Shown here: positions 47,518 to 58,520 of the stretch, piece after piece | Numbering within the stretch: position 1 is the stretch's first letter | Layout: each line of letters starts with the position of its first letter | From: Candidatus Pacearchaeota archaeon | GTDB taxonomy: Archaea > Nanobdellota > Nanobdellia > Pacearchaeales > JAHJTO01 | Length of the DNA: 64,000 bases | Direction of reading: 5' to 3' | Assembly: GCA_038849525.1 (NCBI GenBank) | Contig: JAWCMS010000001.1 | Span: 142,584-206,583, forward strand | The notes under the pieces: generated by a model | The model's input: the letters and a program-made list of their open reading frames with translations, nothing else | Told to the model about the DNA's origin: nothing | Database searches by the model: none | Translations under genes and position numbers: made by a program

Positions 47518-47877
47518 TTATTTTTTCAACTTTTCATTAATCATTCTTTTAACATCATCTTCTTTTACAAATTTAAGAGGCTCGAACATTTTTATATATT
47601 TTTCAAGAATTAGCAATTCTTCTCTGCGTACGAAATCAGCGCTGTCTCTAATTAAAGACTGGAGATTTTCTTTAATACGGTCTAAATCTAAACGCATCTC
47701 TTTAACTTCATCTTTTAAAAGTGCAAATTCTTTTGACATTCTTTCTTCTGCTCTAAGAAATGATTGTGAAATAAGAAGAACCCTTTCTTTTAACATTTCA
47801 TGCCTTTCTTCAATATCTTTTATTTTTGTATTCCATTCAGCTAACAGTGCAGAAATTTCACCTATTTCTTCTACCAT
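47518..47877 (-). CDS. small coiled-coil protein
   Basis: 119 aa, heptad-rich. Confidence 0.35.
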   Translation of the reverse strand: MVEEIGEISALLAEWNTKIKDIEERHEMLKERVLLISQSFLRAEERMSKEFALLKDEVKEMRLDLDRIKENLQSLIRDSADFVRREELLILEKYIKMFEPLKFVKEDDVKRMINEKLKK

Positions 47878-47946
47878 CTTTTTTCTATATTCTCATAGAA
47901 AGGTATTTTAATAAACTTTTCTTTCTATAAACATAAAAGAGGAAAA

Positions 47947-50241
47947 ATGATTTTCAGACCAGAAACAAAGTTATATTCTTATGAAGTAGTCAGAGAAGCA
48001 GGGCAGGATGTAATGTATATAAATTATATTGGACATCCAAGTGTACCTTCTATCGCTGATTCTGCAATTGTGATGGCAAGGACAATTGATAATCTAATAG
48101 AATCTCCAAGGGTTAGTAAAATTGTTTTTGTACAACAGAGAAATTATGTTTATGATCTTAATCAAACTTCATTACTCATAGAAATCGCACAGCTTTATAC
48201 TTTTCTCATCGAACAAGAAAAAATTCTTTCTCCAAAGAAATTAATTCCTTTTGGAGAGCAGCAATTTTTGCAGCAAAGGTATAATGCTATGAGGTGGCTG
48301 ATTTTAACTTTGTTAAAGCAAGATCCAATAGGTTGTTATATTGAAGCTAAGAGGTTATTAAGAGAAGAAAAAATAAATGCAGAAAGAATTGCTGCAGAGT
48401 ATGTTCATTCTGAAAATGCTTACATAAGATTACTAAGTAAAATTGTTGAAATGCTTGAAGGAACTAGGTTAATTAGAGAGGCTAGAGATATTGATATTGA
48501 AGCACATAAAATAGGAGACAGAGAAATTTATAGAAAATTTTTTAGACCAGATGTTGTTCCAAATTTCACTTTTACGAGATTAATGGCGAGTTTACCAATC
48601 GGAGCAGATATTTTAGATGAATATAAAGTAGAATCTGGATATGATAAGAGTTTAGTAACTATCTTAAAAATACCTGGAACTGGAAGACCTATTTACCATT
48701 TACAAAGTCCTGAATTTATGTTAGAAGAAAATTTTTACAGCTTAATCGATTTAGCAAGAAGTGTTTTAATTGAGCACAGGCCAAAAGCAGAAGAATTTAT
48801 CGATCCACAAAGAACAAGACAGGTTTTTTTTAATATATCTCGAGATTTATTAAGAGAATTAGCTGAAAGTAGAAAAATTTCTTTGTCTTACAGGCAACTT
48901 AACAAACTTGCAACAATTCTTGTTAGACATACAATCGGATTTGGCTTAATTGAAGTGCTTTTACAAGATGAAAGGTTACAAGATATTGTTGTAAATGCAC
49001 CTGTTTCACAAACGCCAATATTTGTAAGGCATCAGGATTTTGATGAATGTGTTACTAACATTATTCCTGCATATGAAGATGCAGAAGCGTGGGCTGCTCG
49101 TTTTAGATTAATTTCAGGAAGGCCTTTAGACGAAGCAAATCCTGTTCTTGATACTGATTTGGAGATAGAAAATGTAAGGGCAAGAGTAGCAATTATACAA
49201 CAACCATTGTCTCCGTATGGACTTGCTTATGCTTTAAGAAGACATAGAGAAAAGCCATGGACCTTACCTTTGTTCATAAAAAATAGGATGATAAACCCTA
49301 TAACTGCAGGATTATTAAGTTTTTTAATTGATGGTTCAAGAACAATTCTTTTTGCAGGGACAAGAAGTGCAGGAAAAACATCTTTGCTTGCCGCAGCAAT
49401 GCTTGAAATAATACCTAAATATAGAATAATAGTTATAGAAGATACATTAGAGATGCCCGTAAATGCATTTAAAAAACTGGGCTATGACATATTGAGAATG
49501 AAAGTTCGTTCTGCGTTGCTTAGAGAGAGCACTGAAATGGAAGCTGCTGACGGAATAAGAACGAGTTTGAGATTAGGAGATTCTTCTTTAATAGTTGGAG
49601 AAGTAAGAAGTGATGAAGCGAAAGCATTATATGAGGCAATGAGGATTGGAGCGTTAGCTAATGTTGTTGCAGGAACGATACATGGCGGCTCGCCATATGC
49701 TGTTTTTGATAGGGTTGTTAATGATTTAGGAGTGCCAATAACTTCATTTAAAGCAACCGATATCGTATTAGTTGCAAATCCGATAAAGAGTCCAGATGGG
49801 ATACATAGCTGGAGAAGAGTTACACAATTTGCAGAAATAAGGAAGCATTGGCAGAGAGATCCTTTGGAAGAAAAAGGTTTTGTTGACTTGTTAACTTATG
49901 ATGTAAAAAAAGATTCTTTAGAGCCAAGTACAGATTTAATAAACGGCGAGTCAGAAGTGATCAAAACAGTTGCAGGACAAGTAAAAGGATGGGCTGGAGA
50001 TTGGGATGCTGTATGGGATAATATTTTGCTGAGAGCAAATATAAAACAAGAATTAGTTGAAAAAGCAAAAATTACAGGTATAAAAGATCTACTTGAAGCT
50101 CCTTTTGTATTGAAGAGCAATAATATGTTTCATGAATTTTCAGATAAAATTACTAAGGAGATAGGCATTCCTGAAGGTAAAAGAGTATTTAGCGAATGGA
50201 AAGACTGGTTAAATGAAGAAATAAGAAAAAGAACTTTATAA
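47947..50241 (+). CDS. Type II/IV secretion-family ATPase (FlaI/PilB/VirB11-like) with long N-terminal extension
   Basis: Walker A GTRSAGKTS, Asp box RIIVIEDTLE, Walker B LIVGEVRSDEA, His box GTIHGGSP. 764 aa. Confidence 0.75.
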   Translation: MIFRPETKLYSYEVVREAGQDVMYINYIGHPSVPSIADSAIVMARTIDNLIESPRVSKIVFVQQRNYVYDLNQTSLLIEIAQLYTFLIEQEKILSPKKLIPFGEQQFLQQRYNAMRWLILTLLKQDPIGCYIEAKRLLREEKINAERIAAEYVHSENAYIRLLSKIVEMLEGTRLIREARDIDIEAHKIGDREIYRKFFRPDVVPNFTFTRLMASLPIGADILDEYKVESGYDKSLVTILKIPGTGRPIYHLQSPEFMLEENFYSLIDLARSVLIEHRPKAEEFIDPQRTRQVFFNISRDLLRELAESRKISLSYRQLNKLATILVRHTIGFGLIEVLLQDERLQDIVVNAPVSQTPIFVRHQDFDECVTNIIPAYEDAEAWAARFRLISGRPLDEANPVLDTDLEIENVRARVAIIQQPLSPYGLAYALRRHREKPWTLPLFIKNRMINPITAGLLSFLIDGSRTILFAGTRSAGKTSLLAAAMLEIIPKYRIIVIEDTLEMPVNAFKKLGYDILRMKVRSALLRESTEMEAADGIRTSLRLGDSSLIVGEVRSDEAKALYEAMRIGALANVVAGTIHGGSPYAVFDRVVNDLGVPITSFKATDIVLVANPIKSPDGIHSWRRVTQFAEIRKHWQRDPLEEKGFVDLLTYDVKKDSLEPSTDLINGESEVIKTVAGQVKGWAGDWDAVWDNILLRANIKQELVEKAKITGIKDLLEAPFVLKSNNMFHEFSDKITKEIGIPEGKRVFSEWKDWLNEEIRKRTL

Positions 50242-50252
50242 TCTAAATAAAA

Positions 50253-52376
50253 ATGGTAAATAAAAAGGTTGAAGAAATACTAAGGAGATATAGCTCACAG
50301 ATCGAAAGAGCAGTAAGGACTGAAAAGTTTGAGTCTGAATATTCAAAAGAATATCTTAAATTTAAAGAAGAACTTTCTCCAGAACTCTCAAACTATGAAA
50401 AGTTTGCAAAAAATGCTGGCAAAATAATAAAATTAAAAATAAATGAAAAAGATAAAGCAAAAATAAATGAACATTTGGAAAGAGCACATTTGGATGTTAA
50501 AGCAGAAGATGCTGTAGCATTTTCTCTTCTTTCTTTTATTATTTCACTTTTGATTTTTTCACTTTTAATTGCAACACTCTTTCTTTTAGATATTGAAGTT
50601 CCAATATTAATTATTATTCTTGCTTTTTTAATCTCTATTTTTATTTATTTTTATGTTTCTTCACTACCAGAAAAAATAAGCCAACAATGGAAATTAAAAG
50701 CAAGTTCTCAGATGGTTCCTGCAATTTTGTATATTGTTGTTTACATGAAACACACAAGCAATTTAGAGAGAGCAATTAAATTTGCAAGTCAGCATTTACA
50801 ACCTCCACTATCTCTTGATTTCAAAAAGATACTATGGGATGTTGAAACTGGAAAATATACAACAATAAAAGAGTCTTTAGATTCTTATCTTGAAGGCTGG
50901 AGAACATACAGCCCAGAATTTATAGAATCATTTCATCTTATTGAAAGTTCATTGTATGAGCCGAGCGAGGCAAGAAGGATTGCTGTTTTGGAAAAAGCAT
51001 TATCTGTCATTCTCGATGGGGTTTATGACAAAATGTTAAAATATACTCATGATGTTCAAGCACCTTTAACTAATCTTTATATGCTTGGTATTGTACTTCC
51101 AACATTAGCGATAGCCTTGTTACCTCTAGCTTCTACTTTACTTGCAGGTACAATAAAGTGGTGGTATGTTGCGATATTCTTTAATTTGATTATACCTTTT
51201 TTTGTTTATTATCTTACTTCTGGTGTTCTTGTAAAACGACCCGGAGGATATGGAGATACAGAAATGCTTGAGCTTAATCCAGAATATCCTTATTACAAAA
51301 GTAGCATTCATTATTACAAAGCTCTTATTGTTGCAATTCCTTTTTTTATAATTGGTATAATACCTTTGATGGTTTATTTTGGATTTTTCCCAGATTATAG
51401 TTTTAAAGAAATAGGAATGCAGTTTCCTTCTTTAGAAGAAATGAAAATATTTGGTTTTATAGATGGCAAAGGTCCTTTTGGTTTAGGTGCATTGATACTT
51501 AGCTTTTTTATTCCTCTTAGCATTGCATCTTTTTTATGGATTTCTTACTCATCAAAAACAAAAAAAATTTTAAAGATGAAAGAAGAGACCTTAAAGCTTG
51601 AAAGTGAATTTTCAAGTTCTTTATTTCAGCTTGGAAACAGACTGGGGGACAATATTCCAGCTGAAATGGCTTTTGGAAGAGTCGCTGAAAGTTCTAAGGG
51701 AACAGCAACAGAAGGTTTCTTTAGAACAGTCAACAGCAATATTCAGCAATTTGGAATGTCAGTAAAAGAAGCTATTTTTAATTCTAGTAGAGGAGCAATA
51801 ATCTACTATCCATCTGAACTTATCAGAACAAGCATGGAAATTCTTGTTGAATCTGTCAAACAAGGATTACAGGTTGCTGCAAATGCGATGATAAGCATTT
51901 CACAATATGTAAAAAATATCGGAAAAATAAATGAAAGGCTAAAGGATTTACTTGCAGATATAATAAGTAGTATGAAAAGCAATATGTCTTTCCTTGCACC
52001 TCTACTTGCAGGAATAGTTGTTGGCTTAGCAGCAATGATTACCACGATACTAACCAAATTGCAGCAAATGCTATCTCTTCCTGGAGGAGAAAATATCCCT
52101 CTTGCAGGTTCTACCTTAGGAAATTTAACAAAATCTTTTAATCTTGAAGCGATGATCCCTCCTTACTGGCTACAAATAGTAGTAGGAATATACTTAATAG
52201 AAATAATTTATATTTTAAGTATAACTCTTGTTTCAGTAGAGTCAGGAGTAGACAAATTAAAAGAAAAATCAGAAATTGCGAGAAATATGAAAGCCGGAAT
52301 CTTGCTTTATATACTTACTGCTCTTGCAGCATCATTGATATTATCAATGCTTGCAAGTATAGCTATAACTGTATAA
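50253..52376 (+). CDS. FlaJ/TadC/PilC-like polytopic membrane platform protein
   Basis: 707 aa. Two blocks of TM helices separated by cytoplasmic domains. Immediately follows the ATPase. Confidence 0.65.
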   Translation: MVNKKVEEILRRYSSQIERAVRTEKFESEYSKEYLKFKEELSPELSNYEKFAKNAGKIIKLKINEKDKAKINEHLERAHLDVKAEDAVAFSLLSFIISLLIFSLLIATLFLLDIEVPILIIILAFLISIFIYFYVSSLPEKISQQWKLKASSQMVPAILYIVVYMKHTSNLERAIKFASQHLQPPLSLDFKKILWDVETGKYTTIKESLDSYLEGWRTYSPEFIESFHLIESSLYEPSEARRIAVLEKALSVILDGVYDKMLKYTHDVQAPLTNLYMLGIVLPTLAIALLPLASTLLAGTIKWWYVAIFFNLIIPFFVYYLTSGVLVKRPGGYGDTEMLELNPEYPYYKSSIHYYKALIVAIPFFIIGIIPLMVYFGFFPDYSFKEIGMQFPSLEEMKIFGFIDGKGPFGLGALILSFFIPLSIASFLWISYSSKTKKILKMKEETLKLESEFSSSLFQLGNRLGDNIPAEMAFGRVAESSKGTATEGFFRTVNSNIQQFGMSVKEAIFNSSRGAIIYYPSELIRTSMEILVESVKQGLQVAANAMISISQYVKNIGKINERLKDLLADIISSMKSNMSFLAPLLAGIVVGLAAMITTILTKLQQMLSLPGGENIPLAGSTLGNLTKSFNLEAMIPPYWLQIVVGIYLIEIIYILSITLVSVESGVDKLKEKSEIARNMKAGILLYILTALAASLILSMLASIAITV

Positions 52377-52414
52377 ATAAGCAAGTAAAAATAGAATAAA
52401 AATATAAAGATATA

Positions 52415-53341
52415 GTGGATGATAAAAATATGAAAAATAAAAAAGGACTTACTATCACAACAATTGTAATAACTATTGTGATAATTATGTCTTTTATAAT
52501 TCTTTTAGCAGTTGTCAATCAAATAGTTGAACTAATTCCTTCTACTTTTAACAAAGAAGCATGTCGTGATTCTGTAATTGCAAGAGCAGCAATTAAGAAT
52601 CTTCCTGTTGGAGGAGAATTGGCTACAAAAAAAATTCCGTTAAAGTGTAAAACAGAATATATCTGCCTTACAATGGGGGGAGAATGTCCAACTGGTTATA
52701 ATAAAATATCTGTAAGAAATAAAGAAGACATAAACAAAGAGATTGCAAATGCGATACATGACTGTTGGTGGATGTTTGGAGAAGGAAAACTAAATTTTCT
52801 GTCTTCAGAATGGATAACAAAAGAAAAGTGTATTATTTGTTCTATAATTGCATTTGACGACAAAATTCAACAAGAGTATCCTGAAATAGCCGGATTAAAC
52901 AATTATTTATCTTATAACTTAGTTCCTAATAAAAATGTTACCTATTTACAGTATATTTCAAATAATATGGATGTACAACCTTCAATAAGTGAGAATGATA
53001 GATATTCTACTAAAGAGAAATATTCTATAATCTTCGGATATGTTGCCAAAGGAAATCTTGCAAAAAGAGTTGGTTGTATAGTTGGGGGAGGGGCAGGAGC
53101 TACAGTAGGATTTACCTTAGGAAGCGTAGTTCCTATAATTGGAAATATCGCTGGAACAGGGCTTGGTTTTACAATCGGTGCAGCAGGCTGTTACTTTGGT
53201 GCCAAAGGTGGAACAGAAGCAATAAATTTTATAAATAATTTTTTCGGAGATTACAGCAATACGGTATTGTTACAATTCTTACAATTTAACCAAAAAAACA
53301 TTGAACAGTTCGGATGTGATAAAATTGAATCAATTCCTTAA
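52415..53341 (+). CDS. large pilin-like protein with class III (prepilin) signal peptide and Cys/Gly-rich C-terminus
   Basis: N-terminus MKNKKG|LTITTIVITIVII (K-G cleavage motif plus hydrophobic helix). Confidence 0.5.
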   Translation: MDDKNMKNKKGLTITTIVITIVIIMSFIILLAVVNQIVELIPSTFNKEACRDSVIARAAIKNLPVGGELATKKIPLKCKTEYICLTMGGECPTGYNKISVRNKEDINKEIANAIHDCWWMFGEGKLNFLSSEWITKEKCIICSIIAFDDKIQQEYPEIAGLNNYLSYNLVPNKNVTYLQYISNNMDVQPSISENDRYSTKEKYSIIFGYVAKGNLAKRVGCIVGGGAGATVGFTLGSVVPIIGNIAGTGLGFTIGAAGCYFGAKGGTEAINFINNFFGDYSNTVLLQFLQFNQKNIEQFGCDKIESIP

Positions 53342-54147
53342 TTAAGTCTATTCAAATTTGTATAGAACTCTTTTACACTTAAATTATATCCTGGATCTAA
53401 ACCTACATCCATTACTATAATGTTATTTTTTGTTTTTAATATTAAAAGAGGGTAGTTGTCTTCTAATTTATATTTCCATTTCAACCTAGCACCCTTAACA
53501 TACGTCCTGAGTGGTTTTTCACTTTTTGAGACTTTAATATTTTTAATTCGAGACTGCACAGCCCGGCTAAAATTAAATTGATTGGCATTTATATTTTTTA
53601 TTGTATCAACTTCTTCTTGATTGATGTTAACATTAAACTTCTTTAATGACAATACTTTTTCTTCTAAACATGTACCTTTTCCATTTTCTATTTCACTTAT
53701 TTCTTTTTCGGTAAAATCAAATTCAGAAAGAAGATATGGTTTATCTTTAAATCTTCTATAGGTATTAGTTCTTACGTTTTCATAACCGTAAAGCGCATTG
53801 ATCTTTTTTTCAGTAAAATCATTGTCAACAAAAATATTGGCGGTAACATCAACATAGTCCCCCTTTATAAAAATTTTTGGCACTATAAGAAACTCTACTT
53901 TATTGTTATCAGCGAATTTGTTATAAAGAGAAAATAATGATTTCTCTTGAACAATTTCTATAGGTGCAAGAGTCCATCCCCAATATACGCTATCAAGATA
54001 CTCATTACCATTTAAACGTAAATTTGTTATTGTCCTATAATCTATAAAAATTGGAGATTTAAACTTTGAAAATTCTTTTTTTTGGCATCCAGTAATTGTC
54101 AGATAAGCTGCAAGAAAGCCAATCTTAGCAAGTTTAGATATACTCAT
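53338..54147 (-). CDS. putative lipoprotein / secreted protein
   Basis: N-terminus LAAYLTITGCQK is lipobox-like. Confidence 0.35.
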   Translation of the reverse strand: MSISKLAKIGFLAAYLTITGCQKKEFSKFKSPIFIDYRTITNLRLNGNEYLDSVYWGWTLAPIEIVQEKSLFSLYNKFADNNKVEFLIVPKIFIKGDYVDVTANIFVDNDFTEKKINALYGYENVRTNTYRRFKDKPYLLSEFDFTEKEISEIENGKGTCLEEKVLSLKKFNVNINQEEVDTIKNINANQFNFSRAVQSRIKNIKVSKSEKPLRTYVKGARLKWKYKLEDNYPLLILKTKNNIIVMDVGLDPGYNLSVKEFYTNLNRLN

Positions 54148-54299
54148 TTCATAATAAAGATATTTGTTTTATTTAAGGATTTATATAGAAAAAAAATATA
54201 TTTATATAAATTAACATTTGGTTAGCTGATTTTTGATGGTTCATGATAAACACCTCTTTTATTATCTCTTTAAGTTTCTATACCTAAAAGATATACTTT

Positions 54300-55274
54300 T
54301 TAGCATGTAGCAGTTGAAGGAATATGATTTGGCAGCCCTATTCTTGCCCAATCAAAATTACTCGGATCTATTTTTCTATCTCTCATGCCTTGAAGAGTTT
54401 CATAATGGCCAATGATATGTTTATCATCATATTTTATATCAGGCCATCTTTTTATTATATCTTTAATTAAATTATTTAATGATGAGTACTGTGCATCTGT
54501 ATATCCAAAATTTTTGCATCCTGTGCTAACAAGTTCTATACCTATTGAAAAATCATTGTATGGGTATCCAGCATGGATAGCTTTTTGAGTTTCATCAACA
54601 AGATAATATATTTTGCCATCTCTATCTATTATATAATGAACAGAATTTCCAGAATTTTTGAGAAAATTATAAGCCTCTATAAAATTTGTTCCAGCGGTAT
54701 GATGCAAGACGATAGTATTAATTTTTGTATCTTTATCTCTTGGTTTTGATTGAAGGGTATAAGATGTATTGACTTTTATTTCTGGTATAGTTGTTCTTTC
54801 ATATTCTTTTAGTGTTCCTTGTTCTGAAATAACACTTAAAATAGAATATTCTGTAGGGTTATTTTTAATATAAAGTTCCATTATCTTAATTTGCATGGAA
54901 ATGCTTTTACCATCTTTTTTTAATGGTTTTTCTATATTATTACAGTATTTTTCTTCTGATTTAACTGGACAGTCTTTATCTTTGCAGATACATATACAAT
55001 TTTGGCTAGCACATATTATGGGGCTACTTTCTATTTTATCATAAGAAACAAGCCAGTATCCTTGAGGAGCATAAACAATAAAAGAATCGATATTTTCATT
55101 TTTTATATCTCTTAAAAAATTTATTAGATTTGTTAAAGTCTCTTTTGCTTGTTGTTCCTCTTTACTTTTTAAAAAATTACCATAGATGTTAGTGCATGCG
55201 CCTATTACTGCTATTATAAGAAAAACTGTAAGAAGCAGATACATTACTTCTTTTAATAAAGACATTTCGGGCAT
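54300..55274 (-). CDS. Secreted N-acetylmuramoyl-L-alanine amidase (Amidase_2/PGRP-type) with Cys-rich linker
   Basis: C-terminal domain IVLHHTAGTNF...SVHYIIDRDGKIYYLVD...AIHAG...NDFSIGIELV...HYE...RKIDPSNFDW matches the H-H/T-A-G...H-A-G...IGIE pattern of T7-lysozyme/AmiD-type amidases. N-terminal signal/TM plus C-x-C-x-C-x-C region. Confidence 0.7.
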   Translation of the reverse strand: MPEMSLLKEVMYLLLTVFLIIAVIGACTNIYGNFLKSKEEQQAKETLTNLINFLRDIKNENIDSFIVYAPQGYWLVSYDKIESSPIICASQNCICICKDKDCPVKSEEKYCNNIEKPLKKDGKSISMQIKIMELYIKNNPTEYSILSVISEQGTLKEYERTTIPEIKVNTSYTLQSKPRDKDTKINTIVLHHTAGTNFIEAYNFLKNSGNSVHYIIDRDGKIYYLVDETQKAIHAGYPYNDFSIGIELVSTGCKNFGYTDAQYSSLNNLIKDIIKRWPDIKYDDKHIIGHYETLQGMRDRKIDPSNFDWARIGLPNHIPSTATC

Positions 55275-55372
55275 TTTGCTAAAAAGAAAAAGAATTATTT
55301 AAATTTACTTGTTTATCTTATAAACAAATAAGAAAAAATGACTATTGACTAGTTACTAACCCAAATGGCTTT

Positions 55373-55648
55373 TTAGCAACTAGTAATCTCTTTACAATAT
55401 TTTACACCAATATTTCTTATTGTAACAGTTGCATTATCAAATAACTCTTGTTTGCCTACAGCCCTTGCACTCGTGCATATATCATCACATCTTGCTTTTG
55501 CTTGAGACAATTCTATTTCTGTCGTACCCATAATTTTATCCCAAAGATTTTTCATTCCTCCAGAAAAGGCTGCGGCTACTACAACTAAAACAATCAAAGC
55601 CAAGATTATTATTATAATAGTCTCGATTGAAATAGCCCCTCTTTTCAT
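55373..55648 (-). CDS. archaeal type IV pilin (class III signal peptide, DUF361-like)
   Basis: MKRG|AISIETIIIIILALIVLVVVAAAF is the classic archaeal prepilin motif. Confidence 0.65.
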   Translation of the reverse strand: MKRGAISIETIIIIILALIVLVVVAAAFSGGMKNLWDKIMGTTEIELSQAKARCDDICTSARAVGKQELFDNATVTIRNIGVKYCKEITSC

Positions 55649-55715
55649 GTTAGTTAGAATAAAAAAGTATATTTAAATATTTCTAATCCTTCAATTAAAC
55701 TAGGAATATCTAAAC

Positions 55716-57893
55716 ATGTTAGAGAGTATATTATTAAAAACAAAGAAAGCAATTCTTCCTTTAGCCATTTCTTCTACTATTCTTTCATTTTCAAATGCAT
55801 CTACACCATACATCTCAATTGTTAATCTAGATAATAAAAATTATAGAGTCTTATTTGATGAAAATAACAAACCCCATGTTAATGCTGAAAATCTAGAGAT
55901 TGCAAAAAAAGCTGCTTTTAAAGCCCTAATCAATCAAAAGTCAGAGGAGCTTGAGACGCATGTAAAATCTCTGACTTATGAGTCTCTTCAAACAATCTTT
56001 GGACCTATTGAAAGAGGCAAGGAAATTGACAATAAAATCAATACTATTGATAAATATCTTGGTTTAGACGAAGATATTCCTTTCTGGATTTTCTCTGTTC
56101 TTGAATATAGGGAAAAATTCGATAAAAAGCTTCTTGCTGATGTTTTTGAAGCATGGAAATATAGGAATAATGCATTAAAATTTTTGAAAAGCATTGAAGA
56201 AAGAGAAGATTTAGCTAATACCTACAAAAATCTTTGCATAATAGATGAAAATATTCTTGATATGACTGAAAATATAAAAGAAAAAAATGAACTTACAAGT
56301 ATTAAATTTATTCTTGATAAGAAACACATAGATTTTTTTCTTGATAAACTTTTAAGAACATGGAATTTAGAAGAAGCTAAAGAAAAAATTGAAGAAATAA
56401 AAAAAGAACTTGAAAATCCTGCTGTTAGAGAATTAAAAGAAGATTTAGAGAAAACATTAGAAGAAAGTCGAGATTATAGGAAGAATAAAGAAAAATCAAA
56501 AGAAAAAGAGATAGGAAAAATTATAAGAGATCAAGATATTATCTCGGAAACTCCTGAAAAAATTTTCCAAAAAAATTTTATTGTTCCTTTATTTACTCAA
56601 TCAAATCCTTCTTTTCAAACTTTTGAAAATCAAGAAAAAGCATCTTTAGATATTTCAATTGAAAAATATAATTTAAAGGAAGGTTGTATCTTAGAATTAA
56701 TAGTTCTTTCAGATAAAGTATTCAATAAAGCAAAAACAAATATTTTTTGCATACATTTACCAGAAACAAGAATAGGAAAGATAGGCCAAAAAGCATACAC
56801 TTTTAGTACAAGATACAGGCAGTTTAGACAATGGGAGGAAATTCTACCATATGGCCAAGATAAGTATATTCTTCTTGAGATGGATGCAACAAAATGGGCA
56901 TTCAACAAAATGATTTCGATGACAATGAAAGGAAATATAATAAAAACAAAAAATCTTCTGAGATTTATAGGTGAAAATATTTACGGAGTTGAACTTGAAA
57001 GAGATGTGAATAAGCTAAATGATAATGTTATAAAAAAATTAAATGATGCATACTCTGTTCATGGTATAAAAATTAATCCTGTAGGGGCTTTTAGGCAGGC
57101 TCAAGGTTATCTTTTTCTTATTCCGATATATAATTTTCAAAAAGACGTTATTCTCTATATGAACTTAACGATGCAATCTGGTTTGATACCATCAGAAAAA
57201 GGCTTCGGTGTACCTTCGGGATATGAGGAAGCAGAAGGAAGACTTGAAGATTTAGTGATTTCAGTAAATAAAAAAACAGCTTTTCAAGGTTTTATAACAG
57301 CCGAAGAACAGCAACAAGAAAAATATGATAAAAGTCTTATTAATTTCCTAGAGAATAAAAAAAATGAATTTGAAAAAGAAAATCCTTTCGCCACTTATGA
57401 CTATGAAATTACAGCTTATGATAAAAACAAAGCTGAAGTTAAAGTTAACTTGACATTTACGAGAAAAATTGGGCTACAAGAATGGAAAAACGAAGCTCTT
57501 AGTTTGGGGACTAAAATCCTTAATTCAAACCCTGCTGATTTAGGAAGAATTCTTGAACAAAGCAATACTGATTTATTAAACTCTGAAAAAAAAGAATTTC
57601 ATTCTTTAAAACTTTGGCTAGAAAAACAAGGAGAAAGGTGGTATGAAAAATATTCTACAGAAAAAGATATCAAAAGAAGTTTAGAGATAATAAGAAGAAT
57701 GATTAATATTTATTACGAAAATCATAAAAAGTATCCTCAAGCCCTTAAAGATTTAAGAGAAGATTTTAATGAAAAAAGTCCAGAAGTATTAGAATTATGT
57801 GAGATCGGTTCAAGAACTTTTGTAAGAGAAAGTGAACTCATTTATGATAAAAACAATGGAAAAATTTATTATAAACCATTTCTTAAATGGTAG
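55716..57893 (+). CDS. large secreted hypothetical protein
   Basis: 725 aa. N-terminal signal-like segment ILPLAISSTILSFSNAS. Confidence 0.45.
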   Translation: MLESILLKTKKAILPLAISSTILSFSNASTPYISIVNLDNKNYRVLFDENNKPHVNAENLEIAKKAAFKALINQKSEELETHVKSLTYESLQTIFGPIERGKEIDNKINTIDKYLGLDEDIPFWIFSVLEYREKFDKKLLADVFEAWKYRNNALKFLKSIEEREDLANTYKNLCIIDENILDMTENIKEKNELTSIKFILDKKHIDFFLDKLLRTWNLEEAKEKIEEIKKELENPAVRELKEDLEKTLEESRDYRKNKEKSKEKEIGKIIRDQDIISETPEKIFQKNFIVPLFTQSNPSFQTFENQEKASLDISIEKYNLKEGCILELIVLSDKVFNKAKTNIFCIHLPETRIGKIGQKAYTFSTRYRQFRQWEEILPYGQDKYILLEMDATKWAFNKMISMTMKGNIIKTKNLLRFIGENIYGVELERDVNKLNDNVIKKLNDAYSVHGIKINPVGAFRQAQGYLFLIPIYNFQKDVILYMNLTMQSGLIPSEKGFGVPSGYEEAEGRLEDLVISVNKKTAFQGFITAEEQQQEKYDKSLINFLENKKNEFEKENPFATYDYEITAYDKNKAEVKVNLTFTRKIGLQEWKNEALSLGTKILNSNPADLGRILEQSNTDLLNSEKKEFHSLKLWLEKQGERWYEKYSTEKDIKRSLEIIRRMINIYYENHKKYPQALKDLREDFNEKSPEVLELCEIGSRTFVRESELIYDKNNGKIYYKPFLKW

Positions 57894-57899
57894 TAGATT

Positions 57900-58520
57900 T
57901 TAACAAGCCTCTATTTTAGAGAAAAAGGCTTGCTGCTCTTCTTTGCTTTTACCAAAAATAAATAAATTTTCAAATCCTTTTTCTTTATATACAATAAATG
58001 ATAAAGTAGAAGAATTTTTATAAATGTTTGGTGAGATTATTTCATCGCCATTAAATTCTGCTATTTTTTCAAATGTTATCAAATTTTCTATTTCTTCTTT
58101 TATTTCTATTATATTTTCATCTTTGTTTAAAACTCCTGTAATAGACACATTATTCATGGTATAACTTCTAAAAGTTTTATCATTATATTTGAAATTAATA
58201 TTTGCATAACGATTAATTAAAGTACCCCTATTTATTATCTGCATGCTTACTTCTTTAGGAAGATTTACGAAAGCATCTTTACACAAGCAATTGTTTTTTT
58301 GCTTTAATTTGCATTCTTCAAGTTTTGAAATAAAATTATCTACTGCGCTATTGATAGAATATTTGGTAGTTACAGGCAGTGATTGAAAATCTATTTTTGT
58401 TTCTGGTGCTAAGTAAGTATTATAAAAAGAGTAAATCAACAAAAATATTATTGCTACTGCGATTATAACAAGTATAAGATTTATTAATTTTTCAAAAGTT
58501 AGCTCCATTTTATCTTCCAA
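57900..58520 (-). CDS. hypothetical protein with N-terminal TM helix
   Basis: 206 aa with LINLILVIIAVAIIFLLIYSF. Confidence 0.4.
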   Translation of the reverse strand: MEDKMELTFEKLINLILVIIAVAIIFLLIYSFYNTYLAPETKIDFQSLPVTTKYSINSAVDNFISKLEECKLKQKNNCLCKDAFVNLPKEVSMQIINRGTLINRYANINFKYNDKTFRSYTMNNVSITGVLNKDENIIEIKEEIENLITFEKIAEFNGDEIISPNIYKNSSTLSFIVYKEKGFENLFIFGKSKEEQQAFFSKIEAC

